From: a virus
Taxonomy: Duplodnaviria; Caudoviricetes
DNA: 64,000 bases
Virus record (IMG/VR): IMGVR_UViG_3300028327_000538
Span: 1-64,000 of that record
Strand: one strand, 5' to 3'
The first letter of the stretch is position 1; each line of letters opens with the position of its first letter. The notes below the pieces were generated by a model. It searched no databases. It was not told the DNA's origin and worked only from the letters and a program-made list of their open reading frames with translations. Positions 30,401-39,282 of the stretch are shown in pieces. Position numbers and translations under genes: made by a program.

Positions 30401-33392
30401 CCGCGTAATCAAGAGCGTCCTTGTCGGTCATGGGGGCCAGTATGCGCTTTGAGCCGTCCGTCCTTACGTTTACACCGGCGGCGTTAAGCGTGGCCTCAAA
30501 TTTGTTGTATATAAAGGGAACCTGCGGCTTGGGAAGCGGCAGGCCGTTTTCGAGGTTCTGCCAGTAATCCGCGTTCCCGTCGCCGCGGACAGTGGAAATC
30601 TCGCTGACGACATTGCGCTTGCCGTGGGAAAGCAGACTGTACAATGTCAGCGGGTCAACGGCCTTTGAGCCGTCCTCGCCGCCTTTGATTGGCTTGTTGT
30701 CCATGTCATACATTCCGACATCCCTGGCTGACACATTCGCTGTAGCGGTTTTGAACAGCTTCTGTATGACGGGCCTGCCGACAAGCACCTTGCCGTATTC
30801 TTTTTTGGTCACTGGGTCTATGAGCGTCTCGGTGTCTGAGATGCCGTGTTTCTTTAGGTCTGCCTTGACTTTTTCCAGGGACTTCTCGTCAAAGTTTTTG
30901 ACTAGGTAGGGCTTTCCCGTCTTTTCGGCTATCTTGCTCGCGGCGGTCTCAATGAGCTGGCCGGGGGTCATGCGTGTGATTACGCTGGCGGGTGAGATTA
31001 TCACCTCGGTGGACGCGCCGCCGGCTGTCTGGGGCATTTCTTTGTCGGCCACTATCGCGGTTATCACGCCCTTGTTGCCGTGACGCATTGAGAGTTTGTC
31101 GCCGACGATGGCGGGGGATTTGGTCTTTATGCTAACCTTGGCGTTGCTTCTGTTGACCGTGGCGGCGACTACCTCGCCGGGATTGAGCGCCGTCCATGTC
31201 TGCGAGGCGTCCTGGTATGGCTGCACAAGCGACCTGTGGAGGCGGTTGAACATCAGGTCTTCATTCGTGCCTGTGGTCTTTTGCAGCGTGAGAGCTGTCG
31301 GGTCTCCGGGTTCGAGGATAACGCCCGGTTTCGCCAGTCCGTTGTCGTCTATCTTTGCCAACTGCTCTTTTGTGTACTTTGTCGGGTACAGGGACATGAA
31401 CTTTTTCTTGTCTATTATAACGTCCTCGCCGTCTTTGGCGATATGAGTCTGAATCATGTGGTTGGACGTGAGCTTTTTGGCGGCTGTTTCTGAAACAACA
31501 ATGCCGTCCTCGAAATTCAATCCTTTCCAGGGCATGTAGGCCACTCTGAGATTGGAGCCGAGGGCCAGTGTGCCGTTCTTTGTGAAATTGGAATCCGCTA
31601 TCAGCTCGTCCTTTTTGAATTTCTGCCCGACTTGCAGCTTGTCTATGCCCTCGTGTGTTAGATAGGATTTGTTTTGCAGTTCAAAGTCTTTGTAGTAAGG
31701 TATTTTTATGTCGCCTTTGCTTGTAGAGAAGATGATATGTGACTTGCTTATCTGCTTAATGGAACCATTTTCGGGCGCTTTAATAGCAAAGCTGGCGTTT
31801 CCTGAGTTGGCTGTTAAGGATTCGATTGATTTTTCGCCCGCCAGCGAAGTTTGAACCAACGGGGCTTCCCTGTTTTCAAGGGATATTGCCTGGGCTATCT
31901 GCCTTGTAGCCATGCCGAGGCGATTGCCCTGGTCGTGGTGCTGAAGCGGTATAAACTGGCTGGCTATGCCAAAGGCTGAGGCTGTGTCGCGCAGTTGGTG
32001 CGTCACTTTGGCGGCGTCAATCTGCACCTGCTTGCCGCGGTGTATGGCCGTGACCTTGCCTTTGAGTTTCTGCTGGGGCAGTGCTATAACTTTGTCAAAA
32101 GCCTGAAGCGCGGAGAGTTCCTCAACCTTGTTGGTCTTGACGTTCTTGAATTTGGATACAATCTCATTGCCTCTTTTACTGGCGTCAACGGTCATATTGA
32201 GGACAACGCCGATCTTGTTGGACTCCGGCGTGTTCACGGGATCAAGGAAGCCAAGGTGCGTGGGGTGCAGGGCCTGGCTGTCGGGCATTATCGCTTCGGG
32301 ATTCTCTATGCCGCCCTCGCCTGTGATTGTGACCTTATCGTTGCCTTTGAGCATCGCTATTGGGTTTATCTGGCTTGGATTTTCTGAGAGCGCGGCGGAG
32401 TTGAAGAACGAGTTGATTGGTTTGCTGAAATACTGAGACGACACTATTTTTGTCAGGTCGTCGGACTTGCGGAGTCTGCTCGCGAGCTGATGGCGGATAC
32501 CGTTCTGGCTTCTCCTGAGCTTCTCGGTGACAAAATCCGGCGTTGAATGCAGTGTCTTAAATGCCAGGGCGTCGCGGTCGTCGGAGTCCTCTATCTTGCG
32601 GCTCACGTTCAGAACCTTTTCCAGGCCGCGGAGAATGAAACCGCCGTCAAGTCTGTCAAACTTCTTGCCCATCGTTATCTCTGTAACCTTGGGGTCGAGC
32701 TTGGCGTTCTTCATTGCCTCGGAGAGTTCCTGAGCCATTTCAGCGACGGACTTTTGTTCGGCGCCGATTGCGTATGGGTTGACCGAGCGGTAAAATCGCC
32801 TGATTTCATCGGACATCTTGGCGTCCGTCAGCTTTTCGGTATTGGCCTTATAGACATCGGCGCCAAATGTGCGCTTCATCTGCTCGTGCGATACGCCCAG
32901 GGCGGACAGAACCGGTATGGCGTTGATTTTGGCCTGATTCACATTGATGGAGAGGTTCTTTGTCTCAGGGTCTATGCCAAGCCTGATTTGCTTGAATCCG
33001 TCGGGATTGACGTGGGCCTCAATCTCGCCGTTCTGCTTGGTGCGGGAATAGAATCCGGGGCGGAGCCGCAACTGGTTGTTGATTTGATACTGGACGCCCT
33101 GCACCACGTACGTTCCGTCGCCGGTCTGCGTGGGGACCGTCGCCAGCTTCATTGTCTTGGTTTCTGTCTTGCCATTGGCCTGTGTAAATGTGACGTCGCC
33201 CATAATCGCCACGCCATAGGTCTTGTCCAGACGCTTGGCCCTGGAAATGGCGTGGTAATTGGTCGGGTCGGCGTTCTCGGTATTGGATACACGCAGGTTG
33301 GAGACGGTGAGTGTCTTGTCGCCCGATTTAATCGGGAATGTGCTTTTTATCTGGTTGATAACAGAATCAATCAATGGCTGGGTTTGGTTCAT
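27468..33392 (-). CDS. Phage DNA-directed RNA polymerase, fused beta + beta' (probably virion-packaged)
   Basis: beta: TPE..KIG, HHDQGNRLGM, AYMPWKGLNFEDGIVVSE, GDKLSMRHGNKGVI, RMTPGQLIE; beta': GGLFD, VPVMPPQFRP, RKQVDLTGR, NRAPSLH, DFDGD, SGARGS, GARKG, RSPATC..IC..C, AQAISEPLTQAAMKTFH. Confidence 0.97.
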   Translation of the reverse strand: MNQTQPLIDSVINQIKSTFPIKSGDKTLTVSNLRVSNTENADPTNYHAISRAKRLDKTYGVAIMGDVTFTQANGKTETKTMKLATVPTQTGDGTYVVQGVQYQINNQLRLRPGFYSRTKQNGEIEAHVNPDGFKQIRLGIDPETKNLSINVNQAKINAIPVLSALGVSHEQMKRTFGADVYKANTEKLTDAKMSDEIRRFYRSVNPYAIGAEQKSVAEMAQELSEAMKNAKLDPKVTEITMGKKFDRLDGGFILRGLEKVLNVSRKIEDSDDRDALAFKTLHSTPDFVTEKLRRSQNGIRHQLASRLRKSDDLTKIVSSQYFSKPINSFFNSAALSENPSQINPIAMLKGNDKVTITGEGGIENPEAIMPDSQALHPTHLGFLDPVNTPESNKIGVVLNMTVDASKRGNEIVSKFKNVKTNKVEELSALQAFDKVIALPQQKLKGKVTAIHRGKQVQIDAAKVTHQLRDTASAFGIASQFIPLQHHDQGNRLGMATRQIAQAISLENREAPLVQTSLAGEKSIESLTANSGNASFAIKAPENGSIKQISKSHIIFSTSKGDIKIPYYKDFELQNKSYLTHEGIDKLQVGQKFKKDELIADSNFTKNGTLALGSNLRVAYMPWKGLNFEDGIVVSETAAKKLTSNHMIQTHIAKDGEDVIIDKKKFMSLYPTKYTKEQLAKIDDNGLAKPGVILEPGDPTALTLQKTTGTNEDLMFNRLHRSLVQPYQDASQTWTALNPGEVVAATVNRSNAKVSIKTKSPAIVGDKLSMRHGNKGVITAIVADKEMPQTAGGASTEVIISPASVITRMTPGQLIETAASKIAEKTGKPYLVKNFDEKSLEKVKADLKKHGISDTETLIDPVTKKEYGKVLVGRPVIQKLFKTATANVSARDVGMYDMDNKPIKGGEDGSKAVDPLTLYSLLSHGKRNVVSEISTVRGDGNADYWQNLENGLPLPKPQVPFIYNKFEATLNAAGVNVRTDGSKRILAPMTDKDALDYAGTNELRNFKMLDHKRNPIKGGLFDRFLTGGSNGQKWSKITLAHPIVNPMFASPVKTLLGMTEKQFQEAIKDEDGHKAISEKLSGINVRGKIDQITKGIKTAPKTKQEAMLKELKLLKALEELGMKPKEAYMTSVVPVMPPQFRPAFELPSGNVEVSSLNMLYRDLGVTNEALKSGTKSPELTQTLYQSLGAIQGVASPVSEQTGKMGAKGALRIITGEGSPKRGMFQSKVVRKQVDLTGRATVVLNNNLNMDQIAIPEKIAKTIYKPFAMKNLKNIGYAHKEAEKHIEELDDIGRKSLEAAMSDRPVLMNRAPSLHKFSIMGFQPTLTKGLSIEVPGTIVKPFSMDFDGDTATLHVPATEAARKEAFEMMPSKNLYNPRDNRLNYTPDQEAILGLHLMSQSKDGLSKINKLLPKRVSKFKAGITKADVEKRLEEIAKKYPEYYNRIVTSIKGIGDQAATDVGFSLSLKDLEADRGVVTQAYKGARTLPQMVAADAKVKAQALDDKTNNFVVMAASGARGSAEQVKQILYAPGILQDHDGKPIERPVLSNYAQGMSFPDYWTTLYGARKGSLDKQLMTSKPGALNKEIVNTSMSIVVSQEDCKTKEGLELPADDPYLAGRYLAKECKLITKEMAVQIAKKKAPVIVRSPATCQSANGICRKCAGHDSTGNLYQIGHNIGVQSAQAISEPLTQAAMKTFHLGGTTSGGGGVFGGFEDIASFLQAPKTFKQQAAMATTNGRVTKVNKGAAGGYEIFVDNTKHFTDKEPLVKPGDTVEKGTLLSHGLPHPKQALQLLGVNKGLNVISSTLQKLYQGTGIKTDRRNIETVVRGMAGFGQVTDAGTNPTAVMNEVLPLSTINTWNQKAMKPYNVQAEQAYGMVLAKPVAGFKKGTRLGEDEIQKLKGKKIVAMHQPISYTPHLEGVTQAPLKSRDWAAHLGYRYLKKGLQEGAAYGYKSDIHGYNPVLPFVSGNLADSGEGRY

Positions 33393-33429
33393 ATATTAAT
33401 TTTAACACGCATTGATGTATAATATAGTT

Positions 33430-33871
33430 ATGCGCTATCCACAATCAAATCAGTTGCCTATACCTTTAACAGGGGGGGCTTCCAGAGGTCGATTGGGGCA
33501 GAAAGATAGTTTTTGGCAAATATATCCGAGGCGAGGCTGATAACGGATACTTTCCCAAAACATTTGCCGCAGATCAAAGCCGCTCTTGCCCCGTCTTCAA
33601 AGCCCCCGAAAACGGGCTGGTCATGTGTGTCTTCCACAACGACACAGTTAGTAGTTACATATCTTTTTCTTTTTATATAAACAGAGACAAAAACAATTTC
33701 GATTGGCGTGACCGCGTATGCGTCGCGCGCGCGGTTAAATCAGACTCCAAAAGCATATGGATACCAATCAACAAAGACGATGTGTTTAGCGTGGATATAT
33801 TTTCGTCCAACGCGATAACAGTGGACTGGCAACACGCCTTCGCTATGTTTTGGCCGTATAGGACAAGCTGA
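33430..33871 (+). pseudogene. Fibre-tip-like gene frameshifted at a G7 tract (candidate phase-OFF allele)
   Basis: MRYPQSNQLPIPLT-G7(33472-33478), then the +1 frame LPEVDW...DNGYFP...FKAPENGLV...IPINKDD...AFAMFWPYRTS*, homologous to 57613..58167; G6 or G9 restores the frame. Confidence 0.75.
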
Positions 33872-33874
33872 CAC

Positions 33875-33909
33875 CGCAAAAAATAAGGGCGTTTTGTTAT
33901 AAACACTAT
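33875..33909 (+). promoter_or_regulatory. Bipartite phage promoter-like motif, copy 2
   Basis: CGCAAA-N11-TTTTGTTATAAACACTAT. Confidence 0.65.
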
Positions 33910-33976
33910 TATTTTTAGCTATTGCTTGCAGGGGGGCAGTGCGGTAGAATATAAATACATATTAAAAGGAGAAAAT

Positions 33977-34813
33977 GTGATTACGAAGGTTGGAAATATT
34001 CTAAAAATTGCTGATATTTATCAGTTCAACACTAACTCTAGTGATGATTATTTAGAAGGTTATGATAGCTATGGCGGTAGAATATGGAAAAACAATAAAT
34101 ATCATAGCCCGAACTGGTCGCTACTTGCTAAAGAAGACCCAAGCGGCAAAGAATTAAATTTTGAACCGATTGAAAAATTCAAAAAAAACAAAAAAATATA
34201 TAACATGGCATCAAAATTAGTAAATGGCGCGTATTCGCCCTCATATTATGATCGCGTTCACGACGTGTATGCCATTAATTACGATGAGATTCCTCCTGGT
34301 GATACTCCTGTATTAATTAGGCCGTCTAATGATTCATCTAATGCTAAAAGTTCTGTGAAAGGAATAGTAAAAGGCGTTGCTCTAGGAGGGGTTAGCGGGG
34401 CAATTCTTGGCAGAGCGTTGTCCGGCAGTATTCGCGGCGCTGTTAGTGGCGCTGTTTCAGGTAGCATTCTTGGAGGAGGGATAGGCGCTCTCCACAAAAA
34501 AGCCAACGAGTTGTCCCGTAAAGAGCGCAGAGACGCTTTTGAGAGTAAAATATTAAATCCGCAAACGACTAAAGATTACGCAAGAACTTTTGGAATGTTC
34601 GGTGCAGGTATAGGTGCTGGGCAGTCACTCAAGAAGATAATTGAACACCGCAAAGAAATAGGCGAAATGACTCGACATTTACCAGGCGGAAGAAAGGCTG
34701 CTATTGTTGGTCTTGGTATCGACACCCTTGCAAATGCTGCGTTATTAGGCGGTATCGGTGCTGGTGTTGGCGCTGCTACCGGAACATTCATAAACAGAAA
34801 ACGTAAGACCTAA
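33977..34813 (+). CDS. Glycine-zipper cargo-like protein with (M)ITKVGNILKIA leader
   Basis: GTG 33977 after AAAGGAG; several GxxxG helices; HKKA. Confidence 0.7.
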   Translation: MITKVGNILKIADIYQFNTNSSDDYLEGYDSYGGRIWKNNKYHSPNWSLLAKEDPSGKELNFEPIEKFKKNKKIYNMASKLVNGAYSPSYYDRVHDVYAINYDEIPPGDTPVLIRPSNDSSNAKSSVKGIVKGVALGGVSGAILGRALSGSIRGAVSGAVSGSILGGGIGALHKKANELSRKERRDAFESKILNPQTTKDYARTFGMFGAGIGAGQSLKKIIEHRKEIGEMTRHLPGGRKAAIVGLGIDTLANAALLGGIGAGVGAATGTFINRKRKT

Positions 34814-34834
34814 TAATATTTTAAACAGTAAGGA

Positions 34835-36316
34835 TCATTGAGTTGGCAACTTTGCCGCTCTCTGTTCTAAAGCATCTAGCCTGACAACAAGACTTTTGAT
34901 TTCATCAATCTCTTTGTCTGCTATGCCGCTCCACAGTTTTGTGTGTTTATCCAAAATCATCCATTTGAGTGCAGGAACACCATTCCAAACAAGCCCCATC
35001 CAAGCTGGATAGTTGAGGGTAAGCGGGTTCCTGTTACTAGCGATAAACTTACCTGCGTTCACAGCAGCAAATGCGCCATATGCGATTGACAACATCACGC
35101 GAAAACGTGGGTTTAAGTTTAGTGGCAGAGTATCGTTCACTATGGTTTTACAAAAATCAGCATCATAAAAATATAGTTGCTTGGCGGCATATAGAACCCT
35201 CATAAGCACTTCCATAACGGTCACGGGAAAACTCATAGTTACAAAATGCCGAAAATCGTATCCATGAATATACATCCACTCAACTTGTGCGCCAAAAGTT
35301 GAATCGCTAACCGGAACAAATTCGACCATTCTTAGCAAAGACATAAATGGGACTGGTAGTCCCATGCCCCTATTACCCATTGCTGATGGAGCGTTCACAT
35401 CAGAAGCAAGATGTCCTAACATTAACCGCATTTGCGCCCAGGGTGAATTGTAGGGCATAGTTACCGCATCGCTCTTAAACCTCTGTAATTTACCATTATA
35501 CACTGCCGTAAGGGTATTGTTCTTCATATCCAACGGGCCGAATAAAAAGCCTAGTATCGGATCGTGTGAGAGGGCGCGAAGTCTGTGATTGGTGGGGCTA
35601 ACAACCTTACCCGGTGAACCAATTAGATTTTGACTAACTGATGTATCCGCCGATCCAATTTTGAAGCTGTTACTTAATTTGGCTGTCTTATCGGGAGGGA
35701 AGATTGCATTAAACATTTTTTGTGTTGCTTTGTTAAATGGGCCATTAACGGGCGTAGTAAACTTTGTTATGAAAGGCGTTGGCATACCAACGTAAAAAAA
35801 GTCCAATCCCCCGCCAATAATTCCGCATAAACCGGCTATAGCATAGTCATATACGTCCAAACCATAACGAGCATTAAAATCCTCGATAGACTTATCAATA
35901 CCTTGCTTGACAGCAGCAAGATCATCAATAGATAAAATGTCTTCTATCTTTACCTTATTAGGGTAACGTGCCTCAGCTTCAGCCAATATCTTTTCGGGTT
36001 CAATATAACATAACTGAATGCTTTGGCTCATTTCATCATATATTTTTTGTCTGCGTTCTTCTATTAATTTTGGCAATATATTTGTATTTTTGGTCAAGAC
36101 GGCTAATCGAGTCTTTAATTCTTTTATTTCTATGTCAATTTCATCATGAGATGACTCTATAGATTTTTGGCGCTCCTGTAGAAGTCGAATAGCCTTCATC
36201 GTTTTTTGGATTTCGGTATTATTCGACTTCTGTGACTTTTTGTTCTTTTGTTGTGCGTTACTTAAACTGCAACCACAAATTATAGATAGCGTTATGACGG
36301 TTATCAAAAACTTCAT
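34835..36316 (-). CDS. Putative lipoprotein/membrane protein with coiled coil
   Basis: MKFLITVITLSIICGC lipobox-like start; AT-rich moron; HRLRALSHDPILG. Confidence 0.6.
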   Translation of the reverse strand: MKFLITVITLSIICGCSLSNAQQKNKKSQKSNNTEIQKTMKAIRLLQERQKSIESSHDEIDIEIKELKTRLAVLTKNTNILPKLIEERRQKIYDEMSQSIQLCYIEPEKILAEAEARYPNKVKIEDILSIDDLAAVKQGIDKSIEDFNARYGLDVYDYAIAGLCGIIGGGLDFFYVGMPTPFITKFTTPVNGPFNKATQKMFNAIFPPDKTAKLSNSFKIGSADTSVSQNLIGSPGKVVSPTNHRLRALSHDPILGFLFGPLDMKNNTLTAVYNGKLQRFKSDAVTMPYNSPWAQMRLMLGHLASDVNAPSAMGNRGMGLPVPFMSLLRMVEFVPVSDSTFGAQVEWMYIHGYDFRHFVTMSFPVTVMEVLMRVLYAAKQLYFYDADFCKTIVNDTLPLNLNPRFRVMLSIAYGAFAAVNAGKFIASNRNPLTLNYPAWMGLVWNGVPALKWMILDKHTKLWSGIADKEIDEIKSLVVRLDALEQRAAKLPTQ

Positions 36317-36317
36317 A

Positions 36318-37280
36318 TTATTTTTGTGAAATCGCACGAGCTTCTAGCATAAATATTTGTCCTTTCAGGATAGCTATCTCATTTTTATAATATTCCGCAT
36401 TCGCAATTAAACGATCTTGTACGCTATACAACCGTGAAATCGCTACATTTAATGCGGCGGATAGTTTAGCCATTCTCTTCTTATCTTTGTAATAATCGTG
36501 CGCGATGTAAGCTCCACCTCCAAGAACAACAACTGGAATCACTACCACGCCCACGCCAGTTGCCATGCCACCACCAGCAATACTGCCAAGTGTCGCTAAC
36601 CCACTTGTAAGACCTGCGGCGGAAAGTCCATTGACCCCCGCAAACCATAACGCTGTATATGATATTGCTCCGCCTCCAACCAGCCCAGTAATTCCAGCTA
36701 AAGCGGTATCAAGACCAGGGGCAGACCTTTCGAGTTCTTGAAAAATAGCGAGAATCTTTTCGTTAGCCTCCTGAATTTCTGCCGAGACCTGTGCGCTATT
36801 TAGGGTGTCAGTCTTCCCTGATGCTAGAACCTGTAACCTAATCACTGCGGATGAGTTGCCATTCTTAGCCGCCATAGCATAGTATTTCGCTGCTTCTTGG
36901 CGATTTTTCCCTATCCCGTCCCCAAGATCGTACATCAAAGCCAATGAAAATTGTGCGGTCGGATGTCCTTTTTCAGCCGCTTTTTGATACCAGTAGGCAG
37001 CTTTTGGCTTGTTCTGTTGTGTCCCCTCGCCTTTCTCATACATAGCTCCAAGAGTGTACATTGCCATCAAATCGCCGTCTTCCGCGGCAAGCAAGCACTG
37101 TCCAAAGATTTCCTGTGGTGTGGGGTTGGGCGCTTCTTCTCCCTTTGAAGACTGTAGCTGTTCTTTAGTTTCTTTACTTTGTGCGCGAGAGCATCCCCAA
37201 TGACTACCAGCGCAACCAACACAAAGCAATAACGCGATTAGAGTTACAGAAACGCACGACTCAACTTTTCTTTTAGACAT
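36318..37280 (-). CDS. Exported Sel1-repeat protein with C-terminal Gly-rich membrane domain
   Basis: LLCVGC signal; AMYTLGAMYEKGEG..KAAYWYQKAAEKGH..AQFSLALMY; GGAGGAGAGG RBS. Confidence 0.8.
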   Translation of the reverse strand: MSKRKVESCVSVTLIALLLCVGCAGSHWGCSRAQSKETKEQLQSSKGEEAPNPTPQEIFGQCLLAAEDGDLMAMYTLGAMYEKGEGTQQNKPKAAYWYQKAAEKGHPTAQFSLALMYDLGDGIGKNRQEAAKYYAMAAKNGNSSAVIRLQVLASGKTDTLNSAQVSAEIQEANEKILAIFQELERSAPGLDTALAGITGLVGGGAISYTALWFAGVNGLSAAGLTSGLATLGSIAGGGMATGVGVVVIPVVVLGGGAYIAHDYYKDKKRMAKLSAALNVAISRLYSVQDRLIANAEYYKNEIAILKGQIFMLEARAISQK

Positions 37281-37293
37281 ACCTCTCCTCCTT

Positions 37294-37544
37294 ACCAAGA
37301 GACGTACATCCTACCAGAAATGCCTTATGTTTTCTCCCTGGATTGTTTCAGGGCGATCAGGATGGACGAGAGACCGGTCAGGAAAGCGGCGCCGTCGTCC
37401 AGCCATCCGACTACAGGAATGACATCCGGGATAAAGTCTACAGGAGAAACAATATATACCAGGCTGGCTATGGGGATTAAATATCTTGTGACGATTTTAC
37501 GCATGTCTCTCACCAAGAGACGTACATACTACCAGAAATGCCTT
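37294..37544 (-). repeat. 33-bp direct repeat (1 mismatch) flanking the DUF1232 gene; contains an extended -10
   Basis: ACCAAGAGACGTACAT(C/A)CTACCAGAAATGCCTT at 37294-37326 and 37512-37544; minus strand TGgTAG(G/T)AT. Confidence 0.85.
37325..37516 (-). CDS. DUF1232/YkvA family membrane protein
   Basis: YIVSPVDFIPDVIPVVGWLDD signature. Confidence 0.9.
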   Translation of the reverse strand: MVRDMRKIVTRYLIPIASLVYIVSPVDFIPDVIPVVGWLDDGAAFLTGLSSILIALKQSREKT

Positions 37545-37553
37545 GTATTTTCT

Positions 37554-37961
37554 TCACTTCTTTGTCACGAGAGACGCCATTATTGAGTCAATCCACGATT
37601 TAATACGATCTTCCGATTGTTTGAGCATGTCGAGTATTTCTTTTTGTGTTGGGATTTCTTTCATACGGTGTCCAATGCTTTCCAGTTTTGCCGTGAAAGC
37701 CCCGCGCATTTCCTTAATTTCAGAAATCGCTTCGTCGTGCGCTTTTAGCTTATCCCAAAGATCCTTGTTGCGCTTATCATCTCTCGCTTTTATTTCCAGT
37801 ATTTGCATCTCAAAGTGTTTCTTCTGCGCTTCAAGCTGAGACTCAAAGGATGCTTCCATTTTTTCCATAGCGCGTGAGTTAGAATTCCAAATATAGGCGG
37901 CAAATATGCCCAATAGACCAACCGCGCTGTTCATTATCCATTCGGTGTTAATCGTTGACAT
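37554..37961 (-). CDS. Single-TM coiled-coil protein of the lysis cassette
   Basis: N-terminal TM and coiled coil; follows the spanins. Confidence 0.5.
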   Translation of the reverse strand: MSTINTEWIMNSAVGLLGIFAAYIWNSNSRAMEKMEASFESQLEAQKKHFEMQILEIKARDDKRNKDLWDKLKAHDEAISEIKEMRGAFTAKLESIGHRMKEIPTQKEILDMLKQSEDRIKSWIDSIMASLVTKK

Positions 37962-38271
37962 TGTCTCTCCTTTGTTGTGTTTGTGTCTGGTTTAGATACG
38001 CCTTGAGACGTGTTTCCAGATCCAGCCCCCAGGCCGTAAGAAGTTCTCTGTCAGCGAGCAGTATCTTTGCGAGGTCTTGGATTGTGAGTTCTTTAAGGTC
38101 TTTGAGATTCGCGCTTGGCAGAAGCGGGCGCGGGGGTATGGTTGGTTCCGGTGCGGGGACGACTATGTATTCCCGGATTACCAGTGTTTCAGGCTTCGGC
38201 GCGGGAGGGCACGGTTTGACGCAACCGAGAACGCCAATAGCCAAACATATAATAGTTATCACGCTTTTCAT
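37948..38271 (-). CDS. o-spanin (Rz1-like lipoprotein)
   Basis: Lipobox VLGC, Pro-rich mature part, directly after the i-spanin. Confidence 0.7.
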   Translation of the reverse strand: MKSVITIICLAIGVLGCVKPCPPAPKPETLVIREYIVVPAPEPTIPPRPLLPSANLKDLKELTIQDLAKILLADRELLTAWGLDLETRLKAYLNQTQTQQRRDNVND

Positions 38272-38280
38272 ATCTATCCC

Positions 38281-38652
38281 CTAATTGGGCGCCAGACGAT
38301 TGACTACAACTTGAGCTTCGGCAACGGCCCAGGCTATAAACTCTTCCGCGTCGTCTGATACGGGCTTGTCTAAGATTGCCTGCGCGTGCAGTTCGCCTTT
38401 GACGCGATGCGTGGCGGCTATAACGGCGGCGTTTGAGATTGCTTCGGACTGCGATTTGGCGTCGGCTTTTATACTCTCTATCAGTTCGGCTTGAGGAACA
38501 ACGAGGCGGGCCAGTTGGTCTTTTTCGGCCTGTAGTTTCCCAATCTCGGAGTTTAGTCCGGCTATGGTTTTGTCCTGTTTGCTGGTGCGCCGTGCGCTCA
38601 CAACCACAATGGTTATGAGAATGACAATTAGAAGCAGCCATATTTTATTCAT
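38281..38652 (-). CDS. i-spanin (Rz-like)
   Basis: N-terminal TM anchor followed by a coiled coil. Confidence 0.65.
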   Translation of the reverse strand: MNKIWLLLIVILITIVVVSARRTSKQDKTIAGLNSEIGKLQAEKDQLARLVVPQAELIESIKADAKSQSEAISNAAVIAATHRVKGELHAQAILDKPVSDDAEEFIAWAVAEAQVVVNRLAPN

Positions 38653-38891
38653 TTTTTACCCGACTCTGCCAACATAGTAAGCATCCCATTGCATTGCGCT
38701 TTGTATATATCGCGTTCTTCTTTCAGATTTTCGTTTTCTCGCCGCAAACTTATGATTTGAAGCTCAAGCTGCTCTGCTCTTGCTTTTATCTCTTCGAGCG
38801 CCCGCGCTTTAACTAAAAGTTCGCAGACAAATCTGTTGTGTCTGTTACGAAACATCCAAAGGCTATCCATTATCCATCTCAAAAATTTCAT
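38649..38891 (-). CDS. Coiled-coil hypothetical protein
   Basis: Coupled within the lysis operon. Confidence 0.5.
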   Translation of the reverse strand: MKFLRWIMDSLWMFRNRHNRFVCELLVKARALEEIKARAEQLELQIISLRRENENLKEERDIYKAQCNGMLTMLAESGKK

Positions 38892-39256
38892 TGTTCTTTT
38901 GCCTCAGCAAAGTTACCTGCCGTAAGCATTCCAAAAGAGCCAATAATAATAAAAGTAGCAAAATCTCTAAGAGGGCCGTTTATTTCAAACCACAATCCCA
39001 AAATACACAATACAGCCCCCAAAAGAAAAGCGAAGAAAGCAATCATCCGCTTAGTGCTTGGAGCGTTTGGACGTTCACAAAGTCCTCTTAAAACAAATGG
39101 AATAATACCAGGGGGCAAAGAGGGCCATTCTTCTTTAGAGTGAGCCTCCTCTTCTTCTTTAATAATTTCCTTTGGAGGATTATTTAAGGCGTCCTCCAAA
39201 GGCGGAAGAAAGGCGAAATCATCCCCTTCCGTTTTCTTTTTATCCTGGCGTTTCAT
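38888..39256 (-). CDS. Putative holin (2 TM)
   Basis: PSTKRMIAFFAFLLG...two TMDs; first gene of the spanin operon; leaderless promoter. Confidence 0.55.
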   Translation of the reverse strand: MKRQDKKKTEGDDFAFLPPLEDALNNPPKEIIKEEEEAHSKEEWPSLPPGIIPFVLRGLCERPNAPSTKRMIAFFAFLLGAVLCILGLWFEINGPLRDFATFIIIGSFGMLTAGNFAEAKEQ

Positions 39257-39282
39257 ATGGTTTATTATAGCACGGCTATACC

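Noticed and set aside
27468-33392. Host rpoBC
   Set aside because: Too short, lacks the beta' Zn ribbon, has a variant catalytic motif, and has phage neighbours rather than ribosomal protein genes
27988-33422. Many long plus-strand ORFs such as 32547..33422
   Set aside because: Antisense shadows of the RNAP gene; no RBS or recognisable motifs
33430-33871. Diversity-generating retroelement or invertase-type fibre switching
   Set aside because: No reverse transcriptase, adenine-specific TR/VR pair or recombinase in the window; the paralogs are too divergent
37294-37544. CRISPR mini-array
   Set aside because: Only two repeats, separated by 185 bp containing a gene; no cas genes
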